A stretch of 64,000 nt of DNA from positions 14,822 to 78,821 of the forward strand of contig CAMHFW010000001.1 of the NCBI GenBank assembly GCA_946184675.1, written 5' to 3'. The notes under the pieces are model-generated. The model saw only the letters and a list, made by a program, of their open reading frames with translations. It made no database searches and was not told the DNA's origin. Below, in pieces: positions 27,801 through 36,774 of the stretch; the first letter of the stretch is position 1; every line of letters starts with the position of its first letter. The position numbers and the translations under genes are program-made. The stretch comes from an uncultured Clostridia bacterium. Its GTDB lineage: Bacteria; Bacillota; Clostridia; Lachnospirales; Lachnospiraceae.

Positions 27801-28430
27801 TTCACTAACCGGTCCTTTCAGATTCTGAAACTCAATCAGATTCTGAGAAACCGAGATGGTCACCGGGCTCTTTCTTCTGACTGCACAAAGGAACTCTTCC
27901 ATAGCCAGAGACTTGTCATGGCTTCTGATCAGGCTCTCGTAAATACGCTGGCCCTTTTTATTGCGCAGAAATACGCTCTCAAAACGACTGCTGGTAAATA
28001 CTGCCAGAGCCTCCTGCCAGTCTTCTCTGGCAAGTGCCGCAAACTGATCCAGGTCACTGATCCTTCCCAGGGAACAGTCACAATAAGGCGCACAGATCCG
28101 TACAGTAAAAGGCAGAGAAAGCTCTCCCCCATTACTCACGATCATAATACTGCCTTCGCAGATATCATCCACAGAATAGGCAGAGGAATCAAAATGATAA
28201 TGGATCTGAACATTTTCTCCTGTAACTGATGTTTCTTCACAACGCATCCATCGGCTTGAAGAAAAGATCATCGCACGGATCTCAGCTCCGCTGCGGCTGT
28301 GCAGCTCTACGGTTCCCTCACAGGTCTGGCCATATTCCACATCCAGATTGATCTCGCTGACAGACAGCTCGATGGACGGATCTTCACTTCCAAATATACC
28401 TTTTGACAGATCCTGGATCTTTTTCTTCAT
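24894..28430 (-). CDS. 1178-aa protein of unknown function: N-terminal beta-sandwich-like region plus ~1000 aa of helical repeats (possibly DUF5717-type)
   Basis: Long uninterrupted ORF with no TM segment, signal peptide or catalytic motif that I recognise. It ends 29 nt upstream of the Hsp70-like gene. Confidence 0.6.
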   Translation of the reverse strand: MKKKIQDLSKGIFGSEDPSIELSVSEINLDVEYGQTCEGTVELHSRSGAEIRAMIFSSSRWMRCEETSVTGENVQIHYHFDSSAYSVDDICEGSIMIVSNGGELSLPFTVRICAPYCDCSLGRISDLDQFAALAREDWQEALAVFTSSRFESVFLRNKKGQRIYESLIRSHDKSLAMEEFLCAVRRKSPVTISVSQNLIEFQNLKGPVSERLVIEKSQWGHVRLKVRTEGAFLSVYKELITEEDFLGSFCQLEYRVRPAAARFCGGRIILESASQRIEIPVECRRDREQGEKELSRRRLQRCLLDYGKLHRDYLLGRMPQAEWFRKAAGEIDGCLNNSSNPIYHVMEADMLAEAGHADQAAFVLESVNGRELRYQSVVDYSYYLYVNARSRQEEQYTQYVRDTIRFYAEGQYQDKWELAVMLNHLEPRRQGSGQVMKQLRRLKELYSSGRHSYLYYLEAIRLLNLNPASVGEIGDFESSLFIWGARYDALSRDVIGRFADLTLRMHRFHPGYLQAMKMYCEKYESKPVLEAVVHMMVQGGCKAREDHEIYLLGVNSALRTQGLYEAFMDTLDLTEDKELPLAVLIYFQYDNHLPVAQRAFLYRYVVEHREGLEKLFDNYNGIIRAFTFEQLRAGRIDENLAELYSYYLKKESLTPHVIKSLPAVMFKQRLQVHGDITHLKRIIVSYAELEEEICEDLTDNQAIVDLYLDDYQILFEDAEGGRYMSTVDYTLSRMMDAGKYIRRCYEECPGDPRVLLNRSERALKYQMSDDTSIDVYKQTLGLGFVSRHYQKTVLKNLIDYYYDNYEGETLEKYLLQIDIRLLGAVERAHIIEYFIQRGLYEKAYRAVNEYGYENIQVKRIMRLASRTIRARNYEEQDFLTEMTYSAFASGRYDEVMLEYLVRYYNGPVENLYAVWKAARTFEVPAFALEERFLCSALFTESMIAEAGGVFTVYYGERPDMRIVRAFLALYSYRYLQGEEEAQPDLFRILEIELEQSGPAHDVCSLALIRYYAEDTAKSGEAHTGIYNETASFINRGILMPFFRKFSGTAQVPRALTDFTYLVYVTDPACNVSIRYVKNDADWNEAVEEPMQRAVGGIFVSSFRLFAGETLRYELTEKGDGVLHSAGSGLLKADETAGSADWVSRMIESERLGDRETLRDTIREYDRFDGAVEKLFSLR

Positions 28431-28531
28431 CTTTAGTCACCTTTTCCTCTGCGGCCTTTCGCTCACATACGCAAAATCAGCCCTTCACATAGTTATAGAC
28501 ATTTTACCACTAATCAACTGGAGCATCAACC

Positions 28532-28574
28532 AATAAATAAAAGGCTCCGGACCCCTTTATATGGGTTCGAAGCC
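28532..28574 (-). terminator. Rho-independent terminator after purA
   Basis: On the minus strand: GGCTTCGAACCC-ATATAAA-GGGGTCCGGAGCC, followed by TTTTATTTATT. Confidence 0.6.
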
Positions 28575-28587
28575 TCCTGCTTATCTC

Positions 28588-29865
28588 TTATCTTCGAATG
28601 ATCTCGTGCCTGCCGGGGCCATTGGAGACCATCGTGATCGGGACCTCCAGTTCCTTTTCTATAAACTCGATATAATCCCTGCACTTCTCCGGCAGGTCCT
28701 CATATCGGCTGATTCCCCGGATCTCGCATTTCCATCCGGGAAGAACCTTGTAAACAGGCTTTGCCTTTTTCAAAAGTCTGGTCGTCGGGAAATCGCGGGT
28801 CACCTGACCGTCGATCTCATATCCGATACAAATGGGGATCTCATCCAGATAGCCAAGCACATCCAGCACGGTAAGAGCAACCTCCGTCGCTCCCTGCACA
28901 CGGCAGCCATATCTGGATGCAACCGCATCAAACCAGCCCATTCTTCTGGGTCTTCCGGTCGTAGCTCCGTACTCGCCGCCATCTCCGCCGCGTCTGCGCA
29001 GCTCGTCAGCTTCATCCCCGAAGATCTCCGAAACAAACTCTCCCGCTCCTACAGCACTGGAATACGCCTTTACAACGGTGATCACATCTTTGATCTCATA
29101 GGCGGGAAGTCCCGCGCCTACTGCGCCGTAAGCCGCAAGTGTAGACGATGAAGTTACCATTGGATAAATGCCGAAATCCGGATCCTTCAGCGATCCCAGC
29201 TGGCCCTCCAGCAGAATCCTCTTACCATCACGAACCGCATCATGCAGGAAGGTTCCGACATCGGCCACATACGGCTCAATCATCTGTCTGTACTCCTTAA
29301 GCTCGCGGAAAATCTCCTCCGGATCCAGCTTCTCCTTGTGATACAGATGCTCGATCAGGACATTCTTGATCTCAACAACGCTGCGGACTCTCTCTCGGAG
29401 TGTCTCTTCGTCGTCGAACAAATCGCTGACCTGAAATCCGATCTTGGCAAACTTATCGGAATAGAAAGGCGCGATGCCGGACTTGGTCGATCCAAATGAA
29501 TGACCGGCCAGACGTTCCTCTTCATAAGTGTCCAGAAGAATATGATAAGGCATCATGATCTGTGCTCTGTCAGATACCAGAAGTCTGGGAGCAGGCACGC
29601 CCCTGTCTGTAATATCCTTCAGTTCCCGGATCAGCTTGGGGATGTCAAGTGCCACTCCGTTGCCGATAATGCTTGTCGTATGCGAATAAAAAACGCCGGA
29701 CGGAAGAATATGCAGTGCAAATTTGCCGTAGTCATTGACTATTGTATGTCCTGCATTGCTTCCGCCCTGAAAACGTATAATAATATCAGACTCTTCAGCA
29801 AGCATATCCGTAATCTTGCCCTTGCCTTCGTCTCCCCAGTTTGCTCCTACAATCGCTCTCGCCAT
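28588..29865 (-). CDS. purA: Adenylosuccinate synthase
   Basis: GANWGDEGKGKITD P-loop, GGSNAGHT and TTGRPRR motifs. Confidence 0.96.
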   Translation of the reverse strand: MARAIVGANWGDEGKGKITDMLAEESDIIIRFQGGSNAGHTIVNDYGKFALHILPSGVFYSHTTSIIGNGVALDIPKLIRELKDITDRGVPAPRLLVSDRAQIMMPYHILLDTYEEERLAGHSFGSTKSGIAPFYSDKFAKIGFQVSDLFDDEETLRERVRSVVEIKNVLIEHLYHKEKLDPEEIFRELKEYRQMIEPYVADVGTFLHDAVRDGKRILLEGQLGSLKDPDFGIYPMVTSSSTLAAYGAVGAGLPAYEIKDVITVVKAYSSAVGAGEFVSEIFGDEADELRRRGGDGGEYGATTGRPRRMGWFDAVASRYGCRVQGATEVALTVLDVLGYLDEIPICIGYEIDGQVTRDFPTTRLLKKAKPVYKVLPGWKCEIRGISRYEDLPEKCRDYIEFIEKELEVPITMVSNGPGRHEIIRR

Positions 29866-29952
29866 TTGCTCAGCTCCTTACTTTTTTCGCAGAATCAGTC
29901 AACCCTCTTGACTATCCTCTCTGCCTTCTGTGCAGGTTCCCTTTCTGATGGT

Positions 29953-30201
29953 TCAGATTCCTTTTAACAGATCGAACACGCTCACATTCAGACATGTTGC
30001 CAGTGCGATCACTACGCCCAGTGTCGGGTTTCCCTTTGCATTTTCCAGATCAGAGATATATGTGCGATGAAGCCCGGACATGTCTGCCAGCATCTGCTGT
30101 GAAAGCTTTCTGCTCCTGCGGGTCTTCTTAATGTTGACACTCAGTACGTGCTTCATCCGTTCATTCTTTTCAATCAGGTCTTCTTCAAAACTGCTCATCA
30201 T
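29953..30201 (-). CDS. XRE-family helix-turn-helix transcriptional regulator
   Basis: RKLSQQMLADMSGLHRTYISDLENAKGNPTLGVVIALATCLNV is a classic Cro/C1 HTH. Confidence 0.8.
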   Translation of the reverse strand: MMSSFEEDLIEKNERMKHVLSVNIKKTRRSRKLSQQMLADMSGLHRTYISDLENAKGNPTLGVVIALATCLNVSVFDLLKGI

Positions 30202-30342
30202 TGTTGTCCTCCCCTGTTTTCAAGTAATAATCTTCAGATGTGTTAATTGTATCAATTTTTTATATATTTATCAATGGTATATTTGGAAAATGTAACGTAC
30301 TGACTTATGTGACCATTATTATATTTAATTATCTCACCAGGA

Positions 30343-30378
30343 CAAATAAAAAGAGGCCAGACACACTGTCCGGCCTCT
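30343..30378 (-). terminator. Rho-independent terminator after hbd
   Basis: On the minus strand: AGAGGCCGGAC-AGTGT-GTCTGGCCTCT (11 bp including one G-U pair), followed by TTTTATTT. Confidence 0.75.
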
Positions 30379-30411
30379 GCCTCTGAATAAAAATATCAGA
30401 CTGTTTCGAAA

Positions 30412-31260
30412 TTATTTCTTGCTGTAGTCGTAGAAGCCTGCGCCTGTCTTCATACCAAGCTTGCCGCCGCGAACCATCTTCTTAAGAAGAGTGTGAGGAC
30501 GATACTTGGGATCGCCGGTCTCTGTGTAGAGAACGTTCATGATAGCAAGGCAGATGTCAAGACCGATCAGGTCGCCAAGAGCAAGAGGTCCCATCGGATG
30601 GTTTGCACCAAGCTTCATAGCTGTGTCGATACCCTCAACGCTTGCGATACCGTCAGCATAGATGCCAACTGCTTCGTTGATCATCGGGATCAGAACTCTG
30701 TTAACTACGAATCCAGGACCCTCGTTAACCTGTACAGGAGTCTTGCCGATCTCTTTGGAGATCTCGAAAACTTTGTCAACGGTCTCTGCCGGAGTATTAA
30801 GGCCGGCAATTACCTCGATCAGTTTCATAACAGGTGCGGGATTGAAGAAATGCATACCGATAACAGGTCTGCCGATGCCGGCACCGATCTCTGTGATGGA
30901 CAGAGAGGAAGTATTGGTAGCGAAGATGCACTCGGGTTTAACTCTTGCATCGAGCTCCTTGAAGGTCTCTTTCTTGATAGCCATAACTTCAAGAGCAGCC
31001 TCAACGATCAGATCGCAGTCGTTAAGAAGATCGCTGTCCTTCAGTGCAGGTGTGATCTTAGCAAGGATAGCGTCAGCCTTAGCCTGATCCATCTTACCCT
31101 TAGCAACTCTGCCTGCGAAACCCTTTGCGATCTTGTTGTATCCGCCTTCTGCGAATCTCATCTCGATATCAGTTAAAATAACCTCGTAACCCTCGGTCTG
31201 AGCGAATGCCTGCGCAATACCGGATCCCATGGTGCCGGCACCAATTACTCCAACTTTCAT
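30412..31260 (-). CDS. hbd: 3-hydroxybutyryl-CoA dehydrogenase
   Basis: [17 protein letters not shown] Rossmann motif; 282 aa typical of clostridial Hbd; adjacent to crt. Confidence 0.92.
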   Translation of the reverse strand: MKVGVIGAGTMGSGIAQAFAQTEGYEVILTDIEMRFAEGGYNKIAKGFAGRVAKGKMDQAKADAILAKITPALKDSDLLNDCDLIVEAALEVMAIKKETFKELDARVKPECIFATNTSSLSITEIGAGIGRPVIGMHFFNPAPVMKLIEVIAGLNTPAETVDKVFEISKEIGKTPVQVNEGPGFVVNRVLIPMINEAVGIYADGIASVEGIDTAMKLGANHPMGPLALGDLIGLDICLAIMNVLYTETGDPKYRPHTLLKKMVRGGKLGMKTGAGFYDYSKK

Positions 31261-31364
31261 TGTAATCTACCTCCTTAAGATAAATGATTTTTATTTGCTG
31301 AGGGGGCAAGGCCGCCCGCGGCACGGACAGCCTGCAATCCCGTCAATTCAAGATACAGAAGAAA

Positions 31365-32150
31365 TTAGCAGTTCTTGAAAGGTGCTTTAACCTTCTCTTT
31401 GTTCTTATCAAGGAAGAATGCCATGCCGTACTTCTGGTCCTCAGACTCGAAGCAGCTGCCGAACAGCTTCTCCTCGATAACGATAGCTTCATCCATGCCA
31501 ACCTGGAGACCATCGTTGATGGCTTTCTTGCAGGCGCGAACAGCGATCGGAGCCTGAGCTGCGATCTTCTTCGCAAGCTTCTCAGCTGCGGGAAGAAGCT
31601 CTTCCTGAGTGTAAACTGCGTTTACAAGGCCAAGCTCAAGAGCCTTGGGAGCCTTGATGTTCTTTGCGGAATAGATCAGTTCCTTAGCCATGCCGGGAGC
31701 GATGAGACGGGCAAGTCTCTGTGTGCCGCCGAATCCGGGAGTGATGCCAAGGCCAACCTCGGGCTGTCCGAATACTGCGTTGTCGGAGCAGATACGGATA
31801 TCGCAGCTCATAGCGATCTCATTGCCGCCGCCAAGTGCGAATCCATTGACTGCTGCGATAACGGGGATCGGGAATGTCTCAAGTTTACGGAAGACATCAT
31901 TACCCTTCTTACCGAAAGCCTCGCCCTCTGCCTTTGTAAGGGTGCTCATCTCACCGATGTCAGCGCCTGCTACGAAGGACTTCTGGCCGGAACCTGTGAG
32001 GATCAGACATCTTACTGTGTTAACGTCTACAGCGTCAAGAGCTGCGTCGAGGTCGCCAAGAACCTCAGAGTTAAGAGCGTTAAGAGCCTTCGGACGATCG
32101 ATTGTAAGGATAGCAATATCTCCCTTTACTTCATATAAAACAGTTGACAT
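31365..32150 (-). CDS. crt: Short-chain enoyl-CoA hydratase (crotonase)
   Basis: AGADIGEM, VNGFALGGGNEIAMSCDIRI and the GQPEVGLGITPGFGGTQRL crotonase-fold signature. Confidence 0.92.
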   Translation of the reverse strand: MSTVLYEVKGDIAILTIDRPKALNALNSEVLGDLDAALDAVDVNTVRCLILTGSGQKSFVAGADIGEMSTLTKAEGEAFGKKGNDVFRKLETFPIPVIAAVNGFALGGGNEIAMSCDIRICSDNAVFGQPEVGLGITPGFGGTQRLARLIAPGMAKELIYSAKNIKAPKALELGLVNAVYTQEELLPAAEKLAKKIAAQAPIAVRACKKAINDGLQVGMDEAIVIEEKLFGSCFESEDQKYGMAFFLDKNKEKVKAPFKNC

Positions 32151-32374
32151 TTTTTTAACTTCCTTTCTTTAAAAAAATATTTTTCTTATTCATATCTTAC
32201 AACAATTTTTGTAATAAGTAAAGAGTCGCCCTGTTTTTTATCACAAAATTCATTGTATTTTTTTTATTCTTTAGGGCTTTTTTTCGTTACTTTTGTCCGA
32301 ATTGTTTCAATTGTTCAAAAAAATATTGTTAAAATATGGACAGTCTGCCCGTAGTGTCCACCAGGCTTCTCCGA

Positions 32375-33139
32375 TTATTTCTGCCTGGAGGCTGCAAAAT
32401 ACGGGAGAGCTACGAATACGATGCCTCCGATCATATTGCCGATCGTAACTGCTGCCAGATTGTAGAGGCATCCTCCGGCTGTCACGGCCTGTCCGGAAGG
32501 ATTGAGCAGCACTTCTGTAAACAGGGTCATATTGGCAATACTGTGTTCAAAGCCTGTCGTGATAAATGCGAACAGACACCAGAAGACCATGATCAGCTTG
32601 CCGGCATCGCTTTTTGCGCGGAAGCCGCACCATACCGCCAGGCAGACCAGCATATTACAGAGGGCGCCTCGTGCCAGCAGGGGCACAAAGCCTGCTGAGA
32701 TCTTGCCCATGGCAGCGGCCGCCATGAACTCTCCCGTCGCCCCTGCTCCCAGACCGGTCAGCGTGTAGACAACGCCAAGCAAAGCGCTGCCGCAAAGGTT
32801 CCCCAGCCAGCAGACAATCCAGAGCTTCACCGCCTGGCAGAGTGTCACCTTCTTTTCCAGCATCCCGGCCGCCATCACCAGATTGTTTCCGGTAAACAGC
32901 TCTGCCCCCGCGATGACAACAAGACTCAGCGCAATACCAAAGCTAAGTCCCAGCACCAGCTTGGTATAGGGTGCCCCCTGCAGCTGGGATCCAATGCTGT
33001 TGGTCAGCAGAACGCCAAAGCCGATGAAGGATCCGGCCAGCATGCTGAGCAGAAAGTAGCCAAGCGGATTGTTTTTCAGTAGCTTACATTTTGCCTCCGC
33101 CGCTTTGACTGCGGCCATATATTCCTCATGAAACATCAT
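32375..33139 (-). CDS. Formate/nitrite-transporter-family channel, candidate hydrosulfide channel (HSC/FNT3-like)
   Basis: 254 aa, six-TM FNT layout (AGAELFTGNNL, FEHSIANM). It is the last gene of the asr string. Confidence 0.8.
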   Translation of the reverse strand: MMFHEEYMAAVKAAEAKCKLLKNNPLGYFLLSMLAGSFIGFGVLLTNSIGSQLQGAPYTKLVLGLSFGIALSLVVIAGAELFTGNNLVMAAGMLEKKVTLCQAVKLWIVCWLGNLCGSALLGVVYTLTGLGAGATGEFMAAAAMGKISAGFVPLLARGALCNMLVCLAVWCGFRAKSDAGKLIMVFWCLFAFITTGFEHSIANMTLFTEVLLNPSGQAVTAGGCLYNLAAVTIGNMIGGIVFVALPYFAASRQK

Positions 33140-33197
33140 TCTCTCTCCTTTTTACGTTCCATTTTATGTCTCTTTATGTCTCTGCATCCATTATACT

Positions 33198-33944
33198 CTA
33201 CTTTATGTGAGAAAGCGACGCAAAACATTCACGGACTTGAGGGTTTTCCATCAATCCGCAGCTGCTTACCTGTACCTGCCAGCCTGCCCGGGACAAGATC
33301 CCGGCGGCACAGTCCGGGTGTTCTCCTGCCAGATCCCGCATCATATGCTTTCCTGCAGAAACCAGAAACGGTATCACATGCACTTCTCGGCCGGCATCCC
33401 AGCAGCTGCAGGCAGCCGCCTCCCGGATCCCGGGGACTCCGTGCAGCAAGGCAAAAGAAAGGCGGTCAAATCCCAGAGCCCTCAGTTTCTTTTCTGTTTC
33501 CAGATACAGCAGGTCTGTCTGATCTCCTGCACCGTGTCCGACAAAAAGATAATTCTTCCGCGGATCCAGACCAAGCGCTTTTGCCAGACGCTGCGCAAAA
33601 ATATCTCTGGTTTCCTCTTTTTGTAGGACCGGCTCCAGGATCTGCAGGCTGCCGCAGCCTTCCCACCCTGCCTCGATCTGTTCGCGAAAGGCCGTCCAGG
33701 TCTTTCCGTTTACCAGAAAGGTCGGCAGAACTGTCAGCTTTTCAGGTGCCAGCCGCCGGAGTCTGTCCATCTGTATTTCCAGCGCCTTATCCGGCTCCTC
33801 CCTGAGCAGGGCTTTATTGTAATAGGCCTGCAGGACAGGCAGTCCGGTCTGCTCTTCTATCTCTTTTTGCAGCAAAGCCAGGCCGGAAACCCGGCCCGGC
33901 TCTGCTCTGCCTCCATAAGAAGCAATCAGGATTGCCTCTCTCAT
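33198..33944 (-). CDS. CbiK-type class II chelatase (sirohydrochlorin cobalto-/ferrochelatase)
   Basis: 248 aa. AILIASYG..., a central LFVGHGAGD and a late PFLVSAGKHMMRDL are the two His-containing CbiK/CbiX-like half-sites. The start overlaps the asrC stop by 4 nt. Confidence 0.65.
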   Translation of the reverse strand: MREAILIASYGGRAEPGRVSGLALLQKEIEEQTGLPVLQAYYNKALLREEPDKALEIQMDRLRRLAPEKLTVLPTFLVNGKTWTAFREQIEAGWEGCGSLQILEPVLQKEETRDIFAQRLAKALGLDPRKNYLFVGHGAGDQTDLLYLETEKKLRALGFDRLSFALLHGVPGIREAAACSCWDAGREVHVIPFLVSAGKHMMRDLAGEHPDCAAGILSRAGWQVQVSSCGLMENPQVRECFASLSHIK

Positions 33945-34924
33945 TTTAAGTTGTTGCTGCGGTCATACCGCTTGCCGCCCCAGTAGATTCTGGAAGTAAC
34001 CTCCGCCTTTTCCGGAAGCTCTACGCCTTCCATCACCCATTTGGCAAACTCATCAAATCCGGTGCGGTCCACAATATAGCCGACATGTTCCTTGCCCTCA
34101 ATGGCATTCGGATCGATATACTCTTCCACATAGGCGTAAGCGTTCTTGACAATCTTAAGAATGCTTTCCTCGTCTGCCCATTTGATAAAATCCTCCGCCA
34201 GCCTGGGGTTCTGTTTTCCTGTTCTGCCCAGCAGAACCAGGCGGAAGTAATGTTCCTTGCTCCTGGTCCATGCCCGGGTCGGGCAATAAGCCACGCATAC
34301 GCCGCAGCCGATACACAGATCGGTATCCCGCACAACCTTGCCATTTACCATCGACAAGGCGCCAACGCTCCGCTTCTGGCAGTATTTGACGCACTGCTCA
34401 CATCCCACGCAGCGATCCTTATCATACTGAGGTTCTGTCATGCCGATGATACCGAAATCGTTCATCCGCACCTTTGCGCAGTCATTAGAGCAGCCCGTAA
34501 AGGCCACCTTGAAATGCAGGTTATTGGGGAAAATCGCCTTGTCCATCTTCCGGGCAAAAGCGGTTGTATCATAGCAGCCAAACGGACACAGGCGCGCGCC
34601 GGGACATGCCGCGACATTTCTGGTCCCGGCAGCCGGATATCCCTGGCCCCGTTCCTCCTGGTTCACGCCGCTGTCATCAATGATCTCCTGAAGGGCCAGA
34701 TTGACAACAGGTATATCCTCCATCTTGATGCCGGGCAGCTCCACGCCCTGGCGGTTGGTCACAAAGATCGTACCGTTTCCGTAGTTCTCAGCGATTTCTG
34801 CAATCTTAGCCATGCTCTTCGCATTGATCACACCACCGGGTATCCGGATCCGGCTGGCCGTCTCGCCTCTGACCTTCGAATTACGGAAGGCGTTCTTTTT
34901 CAGTTTTTTCATGTTAACATCCAT
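33941..34924 (-). CDS. asrC: Anaerobic sulfite reductase subunit C (siroheme / [4Fe-4S])
   Basis: Nitrite/sulfite reductase ferredoxin-like fold; CPGARLCPFGC...TGCSNDCAK siroheme-cluster Cys set; ferredoxin inserts CVGCEQCVKYC and CIGCGVCVAYC. Confidence 0.88.
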   Translation of the reverse strand: MDVNMKKLKKNAFRNSKVRGETASRIRIPGGVINAKSMAKIAEIAENYGNGTIFVTNRQGVELPGIKMEDIPVVNLALQEIIDDSGVNQEERGQGYPAAGTRNVAACPGARLCPFGCYDTTAFARKMDKAIFPNNLHFKVAFTGCSNDCAKVRMNDFGIIGMTEPQYDKDRCVGCEQCVKYCQKRSVGALSMVNGKVVRDTDLCIGCGVCVAYCPTRAWTRSKEHYFRLVLLGRTGKQNPRLAEDFIKWADEESILKIVKNAYAYVEEYIDPNAIEGKEHVGYIVDRTGFDEFAKWVMEGVELPEKAEVTSRIYWGGKRYDRSNNLK

Positions 34925-34939
34925 CGATCTGCACCTCCC

Positions 34940-35728
34940 TTAATCCAGCATATCTTTGCTCTGCGTATAGTTAAAGACCGGCCCGTCCAGACAGACATAA
35001 TTCATGCCGATGCGGCAATGGCCGCATTTGCCGAGACCGCAGCACATCTTTCTCTCCTGGGAAACCCAGATGTTTTCTTCTTTGAAGCCTTTCTGCAGAA
35101 GACCCTGGACAGAAAAGCGCATCATAGGAGGCGGTCCGACTACCACAGCCTGGGCAGTGGCCGGATCGCGCAGGGGCAGATCCGGAATGTACTTGGTTAC
35201 CAGACCGATATTGCCGGTATAGTCCTCCGGCGCCCCGTCCACAGTCAGAATCAGATCCAGTTTCTCTGCCCAGTCTTTCAGATCGGCTCTGAAAAGCATG
35301 TCATCCGGACTTCTGAAGCCAACGATGACGTGCTTGTCCCCGGCATCAGACGTCTCTGCCAATGCGCTGATCACACCGCGCACCGGGCTTACACCTGTGC
35401 CGCCTGCCACAACGACTACTTCGCCATGCTCATACAAAGCGATGTCGAACCCGTTCCCGTAAGGCCCGCGCAGCAAAAGGCTCTGTCCTGCGTAATGCTC
35501 AAAAACCTCACCTGTTACCCGGCCAACTTTTCGTATGGTCAGATCCACATAGTCCGGGCCGATGCCGCTGACGGAGATCGGTGCCTCGCCGTATTTTGGC
35601 ATGGAAACCTCAAAGAACTGTCCCGGCTTCACCTCTCCGACATACTTCATACGGAAAGTGTATTCCTTTGCGGTGTGCTGAATGACCTCCAGAATCTCGG
35701 AGGGAAAAGGAATATAGGGATTACTCAT
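34940..35728 (-). CDS. asrB: Anaerobic sulfite reductase subunit B (FAD/NAD-binding, [2Fe-2S])
   Basis: FNR-like fold, GGTGVSP, and C-terminal CCGLGKCGHCRIG. The ATG at 35728 overlaps the asrA stop (ATGAGTAA). Confidence 0.88.
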   Translation of the reverse strand: MSNPYIPFPSEILEVIQHTAKEYTFRMKYVGEVKPGQFFEVSMPKYGEAPISVSGIGPDYVDLTIRKVGRVTGEVFEHYAGQSLLLRGPYGNGFDIALYEHGEVVVVAGGTGVSPVRGVISALAETSDAGDKHVIVGFRSPDDMLFRADLKDWAEKLDLILTVDGAPEDYTGNIGLVTKYIPDLPLRDPATAQAVVVGPPPMMRFSVQGLLQKGFKEENIWVSQERKMCCGLGKCGHCRIGMNYVCLDGPVFNYTQSKDMLD

Positions 35729-36749
35729 GATCTGCCGCCTCCTCTCTGACCGCTTTCTCAACCTTATTAATGCAGGCAGAGAAAGAAATATACTCGGGAC
35801 ATACGTCATCGCAGCGGCCGCAGCCTACGCACATATCATAGCCAAAGCGTTTGCGGAAATCGTGGATTTTGTGGAGCACCTTAAAACGCATTCTCTCCCC
35901 ATTGGTCCTCCGGTACTGGCCTCCGCCGGCTACATTGGTATACCCGTCAACCATGCAGCTGGCGCCTACTCTGCGGCGCTCGCCTACACGTCCATTGTCA
36001 GTGTAGAAAACATCCTGCATGGTGTAGCAAGTGCAGGTGGGACAGACGAAATTGCAGCGGCCGCAGTTTATGCAGCGGGCTGTATACTCATCCCAGAGTT
36101 CATGTTTATAAATGCTGACAGGTACCGTCTCCGGAACACTTACATGAACCGGATTCTCTGTCACATAACGCGGAGTCACATCTGCCTCTGCTCCCTCCGC
36201 GGCAAAGAGTGCCCGGAAGGCATCCTCTTTTACGTCGCAGAAATAATCCTCTCCGCTCCGGTCAACCGAAAATACATATCCGCTTTCACTGCGGTTGGTT
36301 CCCATATCCACGCAAAAACAATTGTCAAAGCTGCCCGCACATCCGATCAGGACAAAGTGCAGCTGATCACGGACACGCTTGTAAAAAGGATCCTGCTCTC
36401 TGCCGTTTGCCAGATAGATCTGATCCAGTCTCTTTACCGCATGCAGATCGCAGCTCCTCAGAAAGACCAGTGCCTCCCGCGGATCCTTGTCTGCCTCCTT
36501 GACTGCGTTCTCCGTAAAGTAGAACAAGGTCTCACTCAGCGGTGTCAGCAGTTCCTTAAACGCATAGTCTGACTTTTTGTCCAGTTCGATCTCCTCCGCT
36601 GATCCGACGAAATCGTAGCGCACCACGTCGACATCGGTAAAGCGGCCTTCCCCGGTTTTTACAACCGGCGCATAGATCCGGTATGTTTTCCCCAGCTCCC
36701 GGATTACCTGGTCAAAAGCCTCTTTTTTCAGTACATAACCCAAAAACAC
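35721..36749 (-). CDS. asrA: Anaerobic sulfite reductase subunit A
   Basis: CINCGRCNFVCPTCTC and CVGCGRCDDVCP clusters; 342 aa. The start is either the GTG at 36749 or the TTG at 36743, after AGGAGG. Confidence 0.85.
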   Translation of the reverse strand: MFLGYVLKKEAFDQVIRELGKTYRIYAPVVKTGEGRFTDVDVVRYDFVGSAEEIELDKKSDYAFKELLTPLSETLFYFTENAVKEADKDPREALVFLRSCDLHAVKRLDQIYLANGREQDPFYKRVRDQLHFVLIGCAGSFDNCFCVDMGTNRSESGYVFSVDRSGEDYFCDVKEDAFRALFAAEGAEADVTPRYVTENPVHVSVPETVPVSIYKHELWDEYTARCINCGRCNFVCPTCTCYTMQDVFYTDNGRVGERRRVGASCMVDGYTNVAGGGQYRRTNGERMRFKVLHKIHDFRKRFGYDMCVGCGRCDDVCPEYISFSACINKVEKAVREEAADHE

Positions 36750-36774
36750 GCACCTCCTGTTTCATATATTGCAT

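Noticed and set aside
32151-32374. Rex (redox-sensing) operator upstream of crt-hbd
   Set aside because: I found only weak half-site resemblance (TCACAAAATTCATTGT, TTGTTTCAATTGTTCAA). There is no convincing TTGTGAA-N4-6-TTCACAA palindrome by eye.
34085-35749. 554-aa plus-strand ORF antisense to asrC and asrB
   Set aside because: It fully overlaps two strongly recognisable minus-strand genes. It has an unrecognisable, His/Arg/Leu/Ala-rich sequence and no RBS, so it is a shadow ORF.
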